From: Bacteroidales bacterium
Lineage (GTDB): Bacteria; Bacteroidota; Bacteroidia; Bacteroidales; WCHB1-69
Assembly: GCA_047638115.1 (NCBI GenBank)
Contig: JBLJBB010000107.1
Location: 2,808-66,807 of the forward strand
DNA: 64,000 bases
Direction: 5' to 3'
In this document: positions 35,371-45,031 of the stretch, piece by piece
Position numbering within the stretch: the first letter of the stretch is position 1
How the letters are laid out: each line of letters opens with the position of its first letter
Made by a program: the position numbers and the translations under genes
The notes under the pieces: model-generated
What the model was told of the DNA's origin: nothing
Databases searched by the model: none
Seen by the model: the letters and a program-made list of their open reading frames with translations, nothing else

Positions 35371-35412
35371 ATCACAGTGTTTCACAGTGTTAAAAAGAGT
35401 CTCACAGTGTTT
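35371..35412 (+). repeat. CACAGTG repeat module, copy 1
   Basis: ATCACAGTGTTTCACAGTGTT..CTCACAGTGTT. Related to 57707-57783, which is partly inverted. Confidence 0.75.
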
Positions 35413-35474
35413 TTTAAGAAAAAATCTGTGTAAATCTGTTTCATCAGCGTCATCTGTGTGCTATTAGGGCCAAT

Positions 35475-35509
35475 GGCAAAAGGTAAAAGGCAAAAGGCAA
35501 AAGGCAAAA
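35475..35509. repeat. heptanucleotide tandem repeat (GGYAAAA)x5
   Basis: GGCAAAA GGTAAAA GGCAAAA GGCAAAA GGCAAAA, preceded by ATTAGGGCCAATGG. Confidence 0.85.
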
Positions 35510-35535
35510 AAAAAGGAACAACTTGCGTTATTCCT
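35506..35535 (-). terminator. intrinsic terminator downstream of tRNA-Asp
   Basis: Minus strand: AGGAAUAAC-GCAA-GUUGUUCCU (9-bp stem including one G-U pair, GNRA loop) followed by a T run. Confidence 0.8.
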
Positions 35536-35541
35536 TTTCTG

Positions 35542-35616
35542 CGGACCGGACGGGACTCGAACCCGCGACCCCGTGCGTGACAGGCACGTATTCTAACCAA
35601 ACTGAACTACCGATCC
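35542..35616 (-). tRNA. tRNA-Asp (anticodon GUC)
   Basis: Hand-folded cloverleaf. Acceptor GGATCGG/CCGGTCC, D-arm GTTC..GAAT, anticodon stem CGTGC/GCACG with loop CTGTCAC, T-arm GCGGG-TTCGAGT-CCCGT, discriminator G. CCA is not encoded. Confidence 0.93.
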
Positions 35617-35623
35617 TTGCTTA

Positions 35624-35645
35624 GTTTGAGGGTGCAAAAATACAA
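35624..35645 (-). promoter_or_regulatory. tRNA promoter module (contains -7 box TATTTTTG at 35635-35642)
   Basis: Plus-strand GTTTGAGGGTGCAAAAATACAA is identical to 40079-40100, upstream of tRNA-Phe. Confidence 0.65.
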
Positions 35646-35825
35646 CTTTTTTAATTACAAACTTCACCGTTTTTGATTATTTTTTGTTTTTTTATCAATT
35701 TTTACGCTTTTTATTATTAATTTGTTGATTATCAAGATTAAAAAATTTGATTTTTCTAATATTTTAATTTAAAGTAAAAAAATTAACATTTATTAGTAAA
35801 ATGCACGCTGTTTAGAAAAAACTTG

Positions 35826-35833
35826 TATCTTTG
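35826..35833 (+). promoter_or_regulatory. -7 box upstream of gapA
   Basis: TATCTTTG 45 nt upstream of the ATG. Confidence 0.5.
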
Positions 35834-35841
35834 TACCCTGA

Positions 35842-36882
<1,041 letters not shown>

Positions 36883-36890
36883 TTACTCTA

Positions 36891-39389
36891 ATGTCAGACC
36901 AAACTTTTTTTGCTGATATTCTTCTCCCACTGCCCCTCCCTGCCACATACACTTACAGAATTCCTAGAGAGATGAGTGATGCCCTTTCATTCGGCAAAAG
37001 AGTTGTGGTTCCTTTTGGAAAAAATAAACTCTATTCAGGGTTAGTAGTGGCGGTGCATGAAAATGTGCCGCCCTTCTCATTTGTAAAGTATATCGTAGAT
37101 GTTATTGACGACCTTCCTGTGGTTACTCCCCAACAGTTTGAACTGTGGCAGTGGATCGCACAATACTACATGTGTACTCTTGGAGAAGTGATGTCTGTAG
37201 CGCTTCCATCAGCTCTAAAACTCGCCGGAGAAACCCAGGTGATGCTCCATCCTGACTTCACAGGGGATATCACTCCCCTGAACGAAAAAGAGGTGAGAGT
37301 GGCCGAAGCACTCACCTATCGGGATAAGCTAACCGTTGCCGAGATCGCTAAGATTGTGGAAGTGCAAAAAGTGTTCCCTATCATCAAAAATTTGGTGGAG
37401 AAAAAAGTGGTGATCGTTGCGGAAGAGATCCATAACCTTTACAAACCAAAACAGGAGACCTATATTTCCCTCACCCCTCAATATCAAGAGGATTTCAATC
37501 AATTTATGGAGGTGATGGATAAGTTTAGTTCTTCTAAAAAAACTGAAAAACAAGCACAACTGTTGCTTGCTTTTTATATGATGCAACAAAAAAGTGATCC
37601 AAAACTTCCGTTTATGATCAAGAAAAGTGAATTGATCAAGATGGCGGATGTTTCCGCCTCATCCCTTCAAACACTGATCCAAAATGGAATACTCATGCAA
37701 GTTCAGAAATCGATCAGCAGATTGATCGATTTTGATGCACAATATACCGTTGAAGAGATCCTTTTTTCAGAAGTTCAAGAGCAAAAGATCGCAGAAATTA
37801 AAGAACTATGGAATCAGTTTTCTACCGTTTTGCTCCACGGAGTTACCGGAAGTGGGAAAACGGAGATCTACATCAAACTGATCGATGAGGTGCTGGCACA
37901 AGGGAAACAAGTGTTGTATTTACTTCCAGAGATTGCACTTACTTCTCAAATAATTAATAGGTTAAGAAAATATTTCGGAAATAGGGTAGGGGTGTATCAT
38001 TCCAAATTTAATGAACTGGAAAGGGTAGAGATCTGGAATCGGGTACTGCCTCAAACGGAGTTAAGTACAGAGCATTACGATCTGATTTTGGGAGCTCGCT
38101 CCTCTTTGTTGCTTCCGTTTAGCAATTTGGGATTAATTATTGTGGATGAGGAACATGATGGTTCATACAAACAGATGGATCCCGCTCCTAGATACCATGC
38201 CAGAGATTCAGCTATTGTGTTGTCAAATATTCACAAAGCCAAAACACTACTTGGAACAGCAACCCCATCTTTAGAGTCCTATTTCAATGTAAGAAATCGG
38301 AAATTTGGTCTGGTGGAATTGAAAGAGCGGTTTGCACAGAGTTCGCTCCCTGAAATCTGGATTGAGAATTTAGTTCAGGCAAAAAAACAACATAAAATGG
38401 AGGGGTATCTTTCCCATTTTCTGCTTGAAATGATCAAGGAAGCGCTGGAAAAGGAGGAACAAGTGATTCTGTTTCAAAATCGGCGTGGATATTCGGTTCG
38501 GATGTTGTGTAACACCTGTTTTGCGATGCCCACTTGCGAGCACTGTGATGTTACTTTGACGTATCACAAACACTCCAATCTTCTCAAATGTCACTACTGT
38601 GGATATGCCATTGAGGTTCCCAAAGTGTGTCCCTATTGCCAAAGTCATGACATCGAGATGAAAGGATTTGGGACAGAGTTGGTGGAAGAGAAGTTGTCCG
38701 AGCATTTCCCAGAAGCAGTAGTTGCTCGTATGGATTTGGATACGACACGTAATAAGTATTCGTATCAGAAGATTATTGCCGATTTTGAACAACATAAAAT
38801 TGATATTTTGGTGGGGACTCAAATGGTAACCAAAGGGTTAGATTTTGATAAGGTTTCTGTTGTGGGAATTTTAGATGCCGACAATCTGTTAAGTTATCCC
38901 GATTTTAGAGCTTTTGAGCGTGCCTATCAGATCATCGCACAGGTGAGTGGGAGAGCGGGGCGAAAAGATATTCCAGGGAAAGTGGTGGTTCAGACTCATC
39001 AACCTAACCATCCGGCTTTACAGTACGTAGTTGCCAACAACTATTGGGATATGTATGTAAATCAAATTGAGGAGCGGACGGCATTCCGGTATCCTCCGGT
39101 TTTTCGGATGATTAAAATCACTCTTAAACATCATGATGTAAATATTTTAAATAAAGGGGCCACAGATTTTGGCAATATTTTAAAAGCTCAGTTTCCAGAT
39201 GCAATATTGGGGCCAGAGTTTCCGTTAGTATCTAAGATACAGAACCAATTTTTGAAGGAGATCTACATCAAATTTGCAAAAGATGGACAAGTGGAACACA
39301 AGAAGAGGATTCTCCAACATATTGTAACTAAGTATCGCACAGAATCTGTTTTTAAAGTTATACGAATTATTATTAATGTTGATTGTTAA
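36891..39389 (+). CDS. priA: primosomal replication restart helicase PriA
   Basis: Walker A GVTGSGKTE, DEEH box (VDEEHD), Cys-rich Zn-binding insert (CNTC..CEHC..CHYC..CPYC), 832 aa. Confidence 0.95.
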   Translation: MSDQTFFADILLPLPLPATYTYRIPREMSDALSFGKRVVVPFGKNKLYSGLVVAVHENVPPFSFVKYIVDVIDDLPVVTPQQFELWQWIAQYYMCTLGEVMSVALPSALKLAGETQVMLHPDFTGDITPLNEKEVRVAEALTYRDKLTVAEIAKIVEVQKVFPIIKNLVEKKVVIVAEEIHNLYKPKQETYISLTPQYQEDFNQFMEVMDKFSSSKKTEKQAQLLLAFYMMQQKSDPKLPFMIKKSELIKMADVSASSLQTLIQNGILMQVQKSISRLIDFDAQYTVEEILFSEVQEQKIAEIKELWNQFSTVLLHGVTGSGKTEIYIKLIDEVLAQGKQVLYLLPEIALTSQIINRLRKYFGNRVGVYHSKFNELERVEIWNRVLPQTELSTEHYDLILGARSSLLLPFSNLGLIIVDEEHDGSYKQMDPAPRYHARDSAIVLSNIHKAKTLLGTATPSLESYFNVRNRKFGLVELKERFAQSSLPEIWIENLVQAKKQHKMEGYLSHFLLEMIKEALEKEEQVILFQNRRGYSVRMLCNTCFAMPTCEHCDVTLTYHKHSNLLKCHYCGYAIEVPKVCPYCQSHDIEMKGFGTELVEEKLSEHFPEAVVARMDLDTTRNKYSYQKIIADFEQHKIDILVGTQMVTKGLDFDKVSVVGILDADNLLSYPDFRAFERAYQIIAQVSGRAGRKDIPGKVVVQTHQPNHPALQYVVANNYWDMYVNQIEERTAFRYPPVFRMIKITLKHHDVNILNKGATDFGNILKAQFPDAILGPEFPLVSKIQNQFLKEIYIKFAKDGQVEHKKRILQHIVTKYRTESVFKVIRIIINVDC

Positions 39390-39424
39390 TTCACCCTTTT
39401 ATTTACACACAAATATTTAAAATT

Positions 39425-39892
39425 ATGCAAAAGTTATTTTTAGTTTTAGCTGTTCTTTTTGTAACAGTTACTGGGTTTTCCCAACAAGAGAAGTATGAAC
39501 TGTCTGCTAATCAACATTATCGTACAAATGATACTTTCAGAACATATACCATAATTTCTGGAGATATAGATCAGATCAAAACCATTGTTACAGAAAAATA
39601 TGGAAAACCTAAGGGTTCTGGTGGCGTTTTAACATGGAAAAAAATCGCTATTCCTGGAATAAAAAGAAAGGTTAATATTATGTTATACGATGGTATAGCT
39701 ACCTATGGAGAAGATTATGTTGAGGTAGTTTATAAAAATATTGATGTTGATAAAACAAACTTAAAAGAGAATCAGGCAAGACATGTTGAGTTTCGTGTTC
39801 TTACAACTAAAAATGAAATTTTTGTTAATAATGTTGAATTGGAAATCTTAGTTAAAGATTTTCTTACGAAAATTCTAAATAAAATTGAATAG
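39425..39892 (+). CDS. hypothetical secreted protein (ORF-track start 39383)
   Basis: Signal peptide MQKLFLVLAVLFVTVTGFSQ. 155 aa. Confidence 0.5.
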   Translation: MQKLFLVLAVLFVTVTGFSQQEKYELSANQHYRTNDTFRTYTIISGDIDQIKTIVTEKYGKPKGSGGVLTWKKIAIPGIKRKVNIMLYDGIATYGEDYVEVVYKNIDVDKTNLKENQARHVEFRVLTTKNEIFVNNVELEILVKDFLTKILNKIE

Positions 39893-39967
39893 ATAAAAAC
39901 AACTCTTTTTTGCAAGAATTGAACGAAGTCTGTTTTTATAAAAAAATATCTCTAAAATACCAGAAAC

Positions 39968-39998
39968 AAAAAGGCCCGAACGATGTTCAGGCCTTTTG
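39968..39998. terminator. bidirectional intrinsic terminator (serves the 39425 gene and tRNA-Phe)
   Basis: AAAAAGGCCCGAAC-GAT-GTTCAGGCCTTTTG: 9-bp stem with one wobble pair, flanked by A and T runs. Confidence 0.8.
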
Positions 39999-40071
<73 letters not shown>

Positions 40072-40078
40072 GCTCGTT

Positions 40079-40100
40079 GTTTGAGGGTGCAAAAATACAA
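40079..40100 (-). promoter_or_regulatory. tRNA promoter module (contains -7 box at 40090-40097)
   Basis: GTTTGAGGGTGCAAAAATACAA, identical to the module upstream of tRNA-Asp. Confidence 0.65.
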
Positions 40101-40299
40101 TTTTTTTTTTAATGGAACCGTGATTTTTGAAATTTTTCTCAAAAATATTTTAAATTCATATATATCAGCATGATATAATAGAAAATATAATTTATAAAGA
40201 GTTAAAATCAAATAATATTGCGTATTCCTTGTTTATAAAATGGTTTTAAAAAGCACGGACAAACAGTTTATTAGTCCATATGAAGTAAACAAAGAATCG

Positions 40300-42666
40300 T
40301 TAACGTATGAGTGATACGGTTCCTGTTTTACGAAGTTCAGTTTCAGGGGCAGAATACTTAATATAGGTAATAATCCAAGTATAAGTACCTGGAAGACATT
40401 TTTCCTCTTTGTGAGTTCCATCCCAAGGTTCATCGGGGTTTACTGATTGGAAAATACACTCCCCATTTCTATTAAAGATTGTGAAATGATATTTTAATAC
40501 ATCAGCAACTCTTGGGTGAAATAAGTCATTGACACCATCATTGTTTGGCGTGAATGAATTGGGAACATAAAAGGCATAATTATCAACGATAGTGATCTGT
40601 TTAATGGTATCATGAGCACATCCATAACTATTGGTAACCCTGAAAAATACATTGTAAGTTTCATCTGATGTGATGTGATAAGAATGGGTAGGATTTTCTA
40701 AAACAGATGATGCTCCATTCCCAAAATTCCAATAAAATTCAGTGATGTTGTCACCACTTGATAGATTCGTAAAATTGATAGGTCTTCCATTGGTTGGTTC
40801 ATCTGGAGTCCATGAAAAATCAGCAACTGGAAAATCGGAAACATAAATATAATTGTTGTTGTAAATCCATTTTTCACAAGCTTCTGCATCTGTGGTTTTT
40901 GAGAAGTATGATACAGAATAATGACCTGGAGAATTAAAGATATAAGAGAACGTTTGATCATAAATTGTGTCATTTACCAAACCAAACTCATCGGTAATAA
41001 TAAACAAGAATGAGGCATCTTCTGGCTCTGTTGTGGATGTAAATCTTACACTTAAAGGAACACACCCCGTTGTTTTATCAACAGTAAATGATGGAACTGG
41101 AGGGTCTGTTACATTAACTGTGATGGTAGCTGTATCTCTTCTACAATTGATATCATCGTAAGCAATAACCGTATAAACAATAGTATCGGTAATGTTACAA
41201 TTGGTGTTTAATTGATTGGGTGTATTTATGTTCGTTGTAGGTGACCACGTAACATGTTGTACATCACCACCACCAATTTCATCAACAGTGATTTGATTTA
41301 CAAGCTCACAACCATTGATCACGGCATCACTGAGAATAATTTGGTTATTATTTTTTAAATAATAAACCAAAGTATCATATTTTGGTTCAAAAGGTGAGCC
41401 ACACAAAGGGTCCAATTCAAGAACTAAGCTCAATTGCTTAATTTCGCCTGGTGCAAAAATAGCATTGTCAGAAACTTTAACAACCATGTAGGTGCTTAAT
41501 GAATCAGCAGGAATTTGGGTTGTTCCAGTTTGGTTGGTTAATTGGGTGAAAACATGAGTGACTGGATGAAAGTAAAAAATTTCATAATCTTGATTCAGTG
41601 TAACTCCAGGATTAGGGATTCTATTGGTATAAATGGTATATGAGTAAGCTCTGGAGGGGTCTCTCTGAGAGATGTTAAATGTAACTGTGTCTATATTACA
41701 TGCTTTAATTAAGGTATCGTGACCCATTTGTGTATTATGCTCTGTTTCAATAGTAGGTGCTCTAAAACTACCCTCTTTCAAGAAAACACCAGAATCATAT
41801 GAATAATCAGATACGTTTGCAATTGATAATCTCATAGTATAAGTAGCACAAGGTACGATTCTTGCTTTGGCATATAGTCCAGAACGTTGTCCATTGACAG
41901 CTAAAGGTGAAGTAGCTGGGATTACAGTATATCCATCAAACTGGATATGTGGTGAACTACTATTTGCTTGATAAAAACTAGAATATATTGTATAACAAGG
42001 AGTTACACTTCCAGCACTAACACCTCCATTTAAGTTGTTGATGGCTACAGGTAAAGTAGTCCCTGGAATTAATGCAATATTTCTAGTGGATACATTGCCA
42101 TTCAGAGCTGGATCTGGTCCAGTAAGATAAAATGCAAAAACATCATTAAAACTAGTGCAAACAAATTCTGGATACTCTTCTGATGCAAAAACATATTCAA
42201 AACTAACCATTCCAGAAATAGAAACAAAGTTAAATTCAAGAACTGAAGCACCATCAGGCCCTAAATTATAGGGTGCAGCAATAGAAGAAAGCCCTGCATC
42301 AGGAATTCCTCCATTAAGTGAGTCAGTTTTACTTCCAGTATTATTTGGCCCTTCTGCAACTGTTATTTTCCCTGTTGTCATAATGATTCCACTGTTAAAT
42401 GGGAAATCAGTATAAGTTGTTCCATTTTGAAATCTACCAATTCTGGATGTTGTAGTGGTGGGTAATGTGGCCGAAGAATTACAAAAAGTTGCATTGTCCA
42501 AATAAACCCCTGAAATTGCTGGAGGTAAAACTAATGATTGGTTTAATAATTGTAACGGAGTCAAACCATTTGGACTTTGAACTGTGATCTGAGCATGGAG
42601 AGGGTGAATAGATAAAAGTAGTATTGAGATGAAACAGAAACGAATAACTTTTGTAAATCTAAACAT
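40300..42666 (-). CDS. large surface protein with T9SS type-B (gliding motility-associated) C-terminal sorting domain and PKD-like repeats (ORF-track start 42801)
   Basis: Signal peptide ..HPLHAQ after Met46. The C-terminus (YVPNSFTPNNDGVNDLFHP..F.IFNRNGE.IF...WDG) is typical of the CHU_C/type-B CTD. The N-terminal region resembles a choice-of-anchor L domain. Confidence 0.8.
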   Translation of the reverse strand: MFRFTKVIRFCFISILLLSIHPLHAQITVQSPNGLTPLQLLNQSLVLPPAISGVYLDNATFCNSSATLPTTTTSRIGRFQNGTTYTDFPFNSGIIMTTGKITVAEGPNNTGSKTDSLNGGIPDAGLSSIAAPYNLGPDGASVLEFNFVSISGMVSFEYVFASEEYPEFVCTSFNDVFAFYLTGPDPALNGNVSTRNIALIPGTTLPVAINNLNGGVSAGSVTPCYTIYSSFYQANSSSPHIQFDGYTVIPATSPLAVNGQRSGLYAKARIVPCATYTMRLSIANVSDYSYDSGVFLKEGSFRAPTIETEHNTQMGHDTLIKACNIDTVTFNISQRDPSRAYSYTIYTNRIPNPGVTLNQDYEIFYFHPVTHVFTQLTNQTGTTQIPADSLSTYMVVKVSDNAIFAPGEIKQLSLVLELDPLCGSPFEPKYDTLVYYLKNNNQIILSDAVINGCELVNQITVDEIGGGDVQHVTWSPTTNINTPNQLNTNCNITDTIVYTVIAYDDINCRRDTATITVNVTDPPVPSFTVDKTTGCVPLSVRFTSTTEPEDASFLFIITDEFGLVNDTIYDQTFSYIFNSPGHYSVSYFSKTTDAEACEKWIYNNNYIYVSDFPVADFSWTPDEPTNGRPINFTNLSSGDNITEFYWNFGNGASSVLENPTHSYHITSDETYNVFFRVTNSYGCAHDTIKQITIVDNYAFYVPNSFTPNNDGVNDLFHPRVADVLKYHFTIFNRNGECIFQSVNPDEPWDGTHKEEKCLPGTYTWIITYIKYSAPETELRKTGTVSLIR

Positions 42667-42891
42667 AAAAGTATTTTTTTTTTGTATAATTTTCTTTAGA
42701 ATCTTTAAATATATTACTTTAGAAGTATTTTTATCTAAAATGTTGCCTGAATTAGGGGAGTTTTGTGAGAAATTTTGCAGAATAGTGGCTATAATATGCA
42801 TAATTTGTTAAAAAAATTACATTTTTTTAACATTTGACAAAAATATACAAAAAATGGGAACGATCAAAAATTATCTTATAAATATTTTTGG

Positions 42892-42899
42892 TATATTTG
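42892..42899 (+). promoter_or_regulatory. -7 box upstream of tatD
   Basis: TATATTTG 18 nt upstream of the ATG. A second overlapping candidate TATTTTTG lies at 42883-42890. Confidence 0.45.
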
Positions 42900-42916
42900 C
42901 AGGAAATTGATTTCTT

Positions 42917-43690
42917 ATGAGCTACATTGATACCCATAGCCATTTATACGAAGAGTATTACCCACAACATTTTGATCAAGTTGTTGATAGAGCTATTGCT
43001 GCAAATGTTAAAACCATTCTCTTACCTTGTGTTTCTTCAGAAACACTACCTTATATTTTTGATGCAGCAAATAAATATCCAGATCATCTTTTCCCTATGA
43101 TTGGATTACATCCTACTGATGTTAATCAAAATTATAAAAATGAACTTTTAAAATTAGAATCATTTTTAAATGATGATGCCATCGTTGCAGTGGGTGAAAC
43201 CGGAATTGATTTGTATCATGACAAAACGTATCATAAAGAACAATTGGATGCATTTGAGATTCAATTACAATGGGCAATTGAAAATGAACTTCCTTTATCG
43301 ATTCATGTGAGAGATGGCTTCCAAGATGCTATTTCAGTTTTGAAAAGGTTTTCAGGAAACCCCTTTTCAGGAGTTTTTCATTGCTTTTCCGGAGGGATCC
43401 AAGAAGCCAAATGGGTGATCGATCATGGTTTTTTGTTGGGAATTAGTGGTGTTATCACATTCAAAAAGAATAAATTACAAGATGTTGTAAAAGAGGTTGG
43501 TATAGAGCATATTGTTTTAGAAACAGATGCCCCATTTTTAGCGCCAGAACCATATAGAGGGAAACAGAATGAGAGTTCTTATATCCCTTTTATAGCACAA
43601 AAAATTGCTTCAATATTTGAAATAACTACAGATGAAGTGATGGAGATCACAACTGCTAATGCTAAAAAGATTTTTACCAAATTACCCTAA
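42917..43690 (+). CDS. tatD: TatD family metal-dependent hydrolase/DNase
   Basis: N-terminal DTHSH, with GE.GID, H.R and DAP motifs. 257 aa. Confidence 0.9.
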   Translation: MSYIDTHSHLYEEYYPQHFDQVVDRAIAANVKTILLPCVSSETLPYIFDAANKYPDHLFPMIGLHPTDVNQNYKNELLKLESFLNDDAIVAVGETGIDLYHDKTYHKEQLDAFEIQLQWAIENELPLSIHVRDGFQDAISVLKRFSGNPFSGVFHCFSGGIQEAKWVIDHGFLLGISGVITFKKNKLQDVVKEVGIEHIVLETDAPFLAPEPYRGKQNESSYIPFIAQKIASIFEITTDEVMEITTANAKKIFTKLP

Positions 43691-44304
43691 TCTAAAACGC
43701 CTAAAGTTTGTCTGATTTTTGAGGTGAGAATATCTATCCCTTTTTCATTGTGTCCACCAACTGGGATAATGATATCCGCTAATCTTTTAGTGGGTTCGAT
43801 AAACATTTCATGCATCGGTTTTACATACGTTTCATAATGTTTAATAGATTTGTCCAAACCACGCCCCCGTTCATTAACATCTCTTTGAATAATTCGAATA
43901 ATTCGATCATCCGCACCGGTATCAACAAAAACTTTTAAATCGAGAAGTTCACACAACTCTGGACAAGTAAAAATCAAAATTCCTTCAACAATGAGAACTT
44001 CACTTGGTTCAACAGGCATTGTCTCTTTTCCTCTACTACAAGTTACATAAGAGTACGTGGGCATTTCTACACCTCTCCCTTCTAAAAGTTGTTTGATGTG
44101 ATCAACCAATAATGAAAATTCAATAGATGAAGGGTGGTCAAAATTGATCTGTTCTCTCTCCTCTTGGGAGAGGTTCCCATTATCCCAATAATAAGCGTCC
44201 TGAGATAATACTCTAACTTTTTCAGTAGGGAGTGCTTTGATCAGCTTTTTTACAACAGAAGTTTTTCCTGAGCCAGAGCCACCTGCAATTCCAATGATAT
44301 ACAT
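43687..44304 (-). CDS. udk: uridine kinase (ORF-track start 44379)
   Basis: P-loop IGIAGGSGSGKTS directly after Met26, plus DHP and DxR motifs. 4-nt overlap with the convergent tatD stop. Confidence 0.9.
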   Translation of the reverse strand: MYIIGIAGGSGSGKTSVVKKLIKALPTEKVRVLSQDAYYWDNGNLSQEEREQINFDHPSSIEFSLLVDHIKQLLEGRGVEMPTYSYVTCSRGKETMPVEPSEVLIVEGILIFTCPELCELLDLKVFVDTGADDRIIRIIQRDVNERGRGLDKSIKHYETYVKPMHEMFIEPTKRLADIIIPVGGHNEKGIDILTSKIRQTLGVLD

Positions 44305-44331
44305 AATTGTAGTTTTTATAATATGAAAGTA

Positions 44332-44339
44332 CAAAAATA
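44332..44339 (-). promoter_or_regulatory. -7 box upstream of udk
   Basis: Minus-strand TATTTTTG 28 nt upstream of the ATG at 44304. Confidence 0.45.
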
Positions 44340-44395
44340 CAAAAAAAGGGATCATGATTTTAAAAAGAGCTCTTTCCATGCACTGAATTTTTAAC

Positions 44396-44403
44396 TATTT
44401 TTG
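44396..44403 (+). promoter_or_regulatory. -7 box upstream of the 44421 ORF
   Basis: TATTTTTG followed by CAC, 18 nt upstream of the ATG. Confidence 0.45.
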
Positions 44404-44420
44404 CACTATCAATAATCATT

Positions 44421-45029
44421 ATGACAAAATTTGAATTTATTGATCACTATTTATATAGTTTTGATCAAGATTTTGCGAGTAATAATAGAGATCGAATCAT
44501 CTTCGATAATACCATTGAACTATTGCTTGAAGTGATGAGCGATGGTATTCATTATGATCATTTAAATTTCAAAGATAGACGTACAGATTATTATGGTTAT
44601 CTTACGGTTCAAGGTCCTATGAAAAGGCAACAAATTGTGTTCAGGTCTGCTTATATTTTTGAGAAACTCTATTTTGCCCATTCAGAAATTCTGAACCATC
44701 CCAAGTTAAAATTTTTAGAATTGGTTTTTATAGTTAAGAATGAGAGTGCGATGCGTCATTTTAGTAAAATAATAGCGGATGCTCTAGAAAGAGGGATCAT
44801 TAGGTTAACTGAGCAGGATGAGTTTCAGTTGCTATCAGTATTAACCTTATGGTGTACTGATCCAAAGATTAAAGTGGCAGTAAAGGTTTGGGCTTTTGAG
44901 TCGATTATGATTTTAAGTAAAAAAAATAATACCGCACAAGAGTGTTTGCGCGGTATTATGGATCTTTTTTTAGAGAATCCAGGGCCTGCCATTCGTTCAA
45001 GAATGAAAAAATGGCACAAATTTATATAG
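44421..45029 (+). CDS. hypothetical protein (202 aa, helical)
   Basis: Clean ORF with its own promoter box. No recognisable motif. Confidence 0.5.
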   Translation: MTKFEFIDHYLYSFDQDFASNNRDRIIFDNTIELLLEVMSDGIHYDHLNFKDRRTDYYGYLTVQGPMKRQQIVFRSAYIFEKLYFAHSEILNHPKLKFLELVFIVKNESAMRHFSKIIADALERGIIRLTEQDEFQLLSVLTLWCTDPKIKVAVKVWAFESIMILSKKNNTAQECLRGIMDLFLENPGPAIRSRMKKWHKFI

Positions 45030-45031
45030 TA

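Noticed and set aside
40233-40433. 66-aa minus-strand ORF overlapping the 3' end of the T9SS type-B protein gene.
   Set aside because: It is out of frame with, and mostly inside, the conserved C-terminal sorting domain coding region.
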